From: an uncultured Gemmatimonadales bacterium
Lineage (GTDB): Bacteria; Gemmatimonadota; Gemmatimonadetes; Longimicrobiales; Gaopeijiaceae
Length of the DNA: 64,000 nt
Direction of reading: 5' to 3'
Assembly: GCA_963823035.1 (NCBI GenBank)
Contig: CAWGKG010000020.1
Location: 128,001-192,000 of the forward strand
In this document: in pieces, positions 62,651 through 64,000 of the stretch
How the letters are laid out: each line of letters opens with the position of its first letter
Position numbering within the stretch: position 1 is the stretch's first letter
The notes under the pieces: model-generated
What the model saw: the letters and a program-made list of their open reading frames with translations, nothing else
Database searches by the model: none
Told to the model about the DNA's origin: nothing
Program-made: the position numbers and the translations under genes

Positions 62651-64000
62651 ATGGGGAGGTGGCGTCCCGCGACCGGGTCGGCCGCGTTGTTTCCGGCCGT
62701 TGTGCTGGCCACGTTGTTCGGGGCCTTCCCGACCGCGGGGCAGGAGCCCGCGCCCATCGCGGCGGGGCGTGCTTCGCCCCCGGGGACCTACGGTGACATC
62801 GACGTCTTGCACTACGACATCGAGATCGGCCTGCCCGCGCCCGGAGGCACCTCGATCGAGGGCAGGGTCACACTCCTCCTGACGCCCGCGCACCCCCACG
62901 TCGATCACGCCGTTCTGGACCTCACGGGCCTCGCGGTCGAGGGTGTCACGGTGGACGGGAGCCCGCGCGACTTCGCCTACGCGGAGGGCCGGCTCTCCAT
63001 CCCGCTCGCGACCGGCGCGACGCCCGCCGACACCTTCCGGGTCGAGGTGCGCTACGGCGGGGTGCCCGACGACGGCTTGATCTTCCGGCGCAACGTCCAC
63101 GGACGGCCGTCCGTGTTCGCCGACAACTGGCCCAACCGCGCGCGCTTCTGGTTTCCCTCCGTGGACGATCCGTCGGACAAGGCGACCGTCACCTTCACGG
63201 TGCACGCGCCCGCGTCGTGGGTCGTGGTGGCGAACGGGGTCGAGGTGGGGGCGCCCACGGACGGACCGGCGACCCGGAACGGGACGCCGCGTCGCACCTG
63301 GACGTGGTCGATGGACGTCGCCGCGTCGTCGTACAACTTCGTGATCGGCGCGGCCGACATGGTGGAGATCCCGCTGGGGGAGGCGGCCTGTGGCGCGGCG
63401 CCGGCCTCCCCGCGTAGCGATGGCTGCGTGGAGGTGTCGGCCTGGTTGCTCCGTGAGGACACCGCGCAGGCGCAGGTCTCCTTCCAGCGCGCGCCGGCGA
63501 TGGTCGACTACTACGCGGAGCTGATCGGGCCCTTCGCCTTCGAGAAGCTCGCGCACGTGCAATCCGCGACGCGCTTCGGCGGCATGGAGAACGCGTCGGC
63601 GATCTTCTACACGGAAGAGGGCCTCGCATCGGGGCGGGACATGGAGGGCACGGTCGCCCACGAGACCGCCCACCAGTGGTTCGGAGACGAGGTCACCGAG
63701 GCCGATTGGCCCGAGCTCTGGCTGTCCGAGGGGTTCGCCACCTACTTCGGTCACCTCTTCTTCGAGCACGCGGACGGCGTCGACGAATTCCGGCGCCGTA
63801 TGGAGGAGAGCCGCCGCGACTACCTCTCCTCGGGCGTGACCGGGCAGGCGGTGATCGACCCGGACGAGCAGGACCTCTTCGCTCTCCTCAACGCGAACAA
63901 CTACCCGAAGGGCGCGTGGGTCCTGCACATGCTGCGGGGTATCCTCGGGGACGACGCCTTCTTCGAGGGCATCCGCGACTACTACCGACGCTACTCCGGG
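62651..64000 (+). CDS. Secreted M1-family aminopeptidase, runs off the window end (not in ORF track)
   Basis: GGGAGG RBS, ATG 62651; DVLHYDIEI, ARFWFPSVDDPSDKA, FGGMENA, HETAHQWFGD...LWLSEGFATY, YPKGAWVLHMLRG. Confidence 0.92.
   Translation, partial: MGRWRPATGSAALFPAVVLATLFGAFPTAGQEPAPIAAGRASPPGTYGDIDVLHYDIEIGLPAPGGTSIEGRVTLLLTPAHPHVDHAVLDLTGLAVEGVTVDGSPRDFAYAEGRLSIPLATGATPADTFRVEVRYGGVPDDGLIFRRNVHGRPSVFADNWPNRARFWFPSVDDPSDKATVTFTVHAPASWVVVANGVEVGAPTDGPATRNGTPRRTWTWSMDVAASSYNFVIGAADMVEIPLGEAACGAAPASPRSDGCVEVSAWLLREDTAQAQVSFQRAPAMVDYYAELIGPFAFEKLAHVQSATRFGGMENASAIFYTEEGLASGRDMEGTVAHETAHQWFGDEVTEADWPELWLSEGFATYFGHLFFEHADGVDEFRRRMEESRRDYLSSGVTGQAVIDPDEQDLFALLNANNYPKGAWVLHMLRGILGDDAFFEGIRDYYRRYSG

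Overview
Very GC-rich bacterial DNA with no rRNA, tRNA, CRISPR array or mobile element. The gene content (SusC/SusD pair, DUF5916 proteins, ECF sigma/Ser-Thr kinase pair, plug-only lipoprotein) suggests Gemmatimonadota; this is an inference. From about 15 kb onward many conserved genes carry single-base frameshifts, most likely long-read assembly errors. Order of content: DUF5916 protein; HlyD-ABC-TetR efflux operon; YVTN/phosphoesterase; TolB-like TPR protein; M1 peptidase; APC transporter with KimA-like motifs; lipoprotein; Ser/Thr kinase plus ECF sigma divergent from an Ig/Gly-rich lipoprotein; ettA; a 10.4-kb potassium island (trkA-trkA-trkH, kup, kdpE/short kdpD, a 51-aa membrane peptide, an atypical REC-TPR protein, ktrB-ktrA); a 15.6-kb nine-gene MoxR/vWA/DUF4159/DUF4175 operon; and a DUF5916-SusC-SusD-plug-peptidase locus. 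Best leads: (1) an 18-bp direct-repeat box, in pairs 32 bp apart, at four promoters of the K+ island, pointing to a KdpE-type regulon without kdpFABC that includes unannotated genes; (2) a structured, SD-sequestering leader before ktrB (cation riboswitch candidate); (3) the trans-envelope MoxR operon with a Cys-less caspase-fold protein; (4) a multi-hairpin leader before susC and barrel-less TonB plug proteins.
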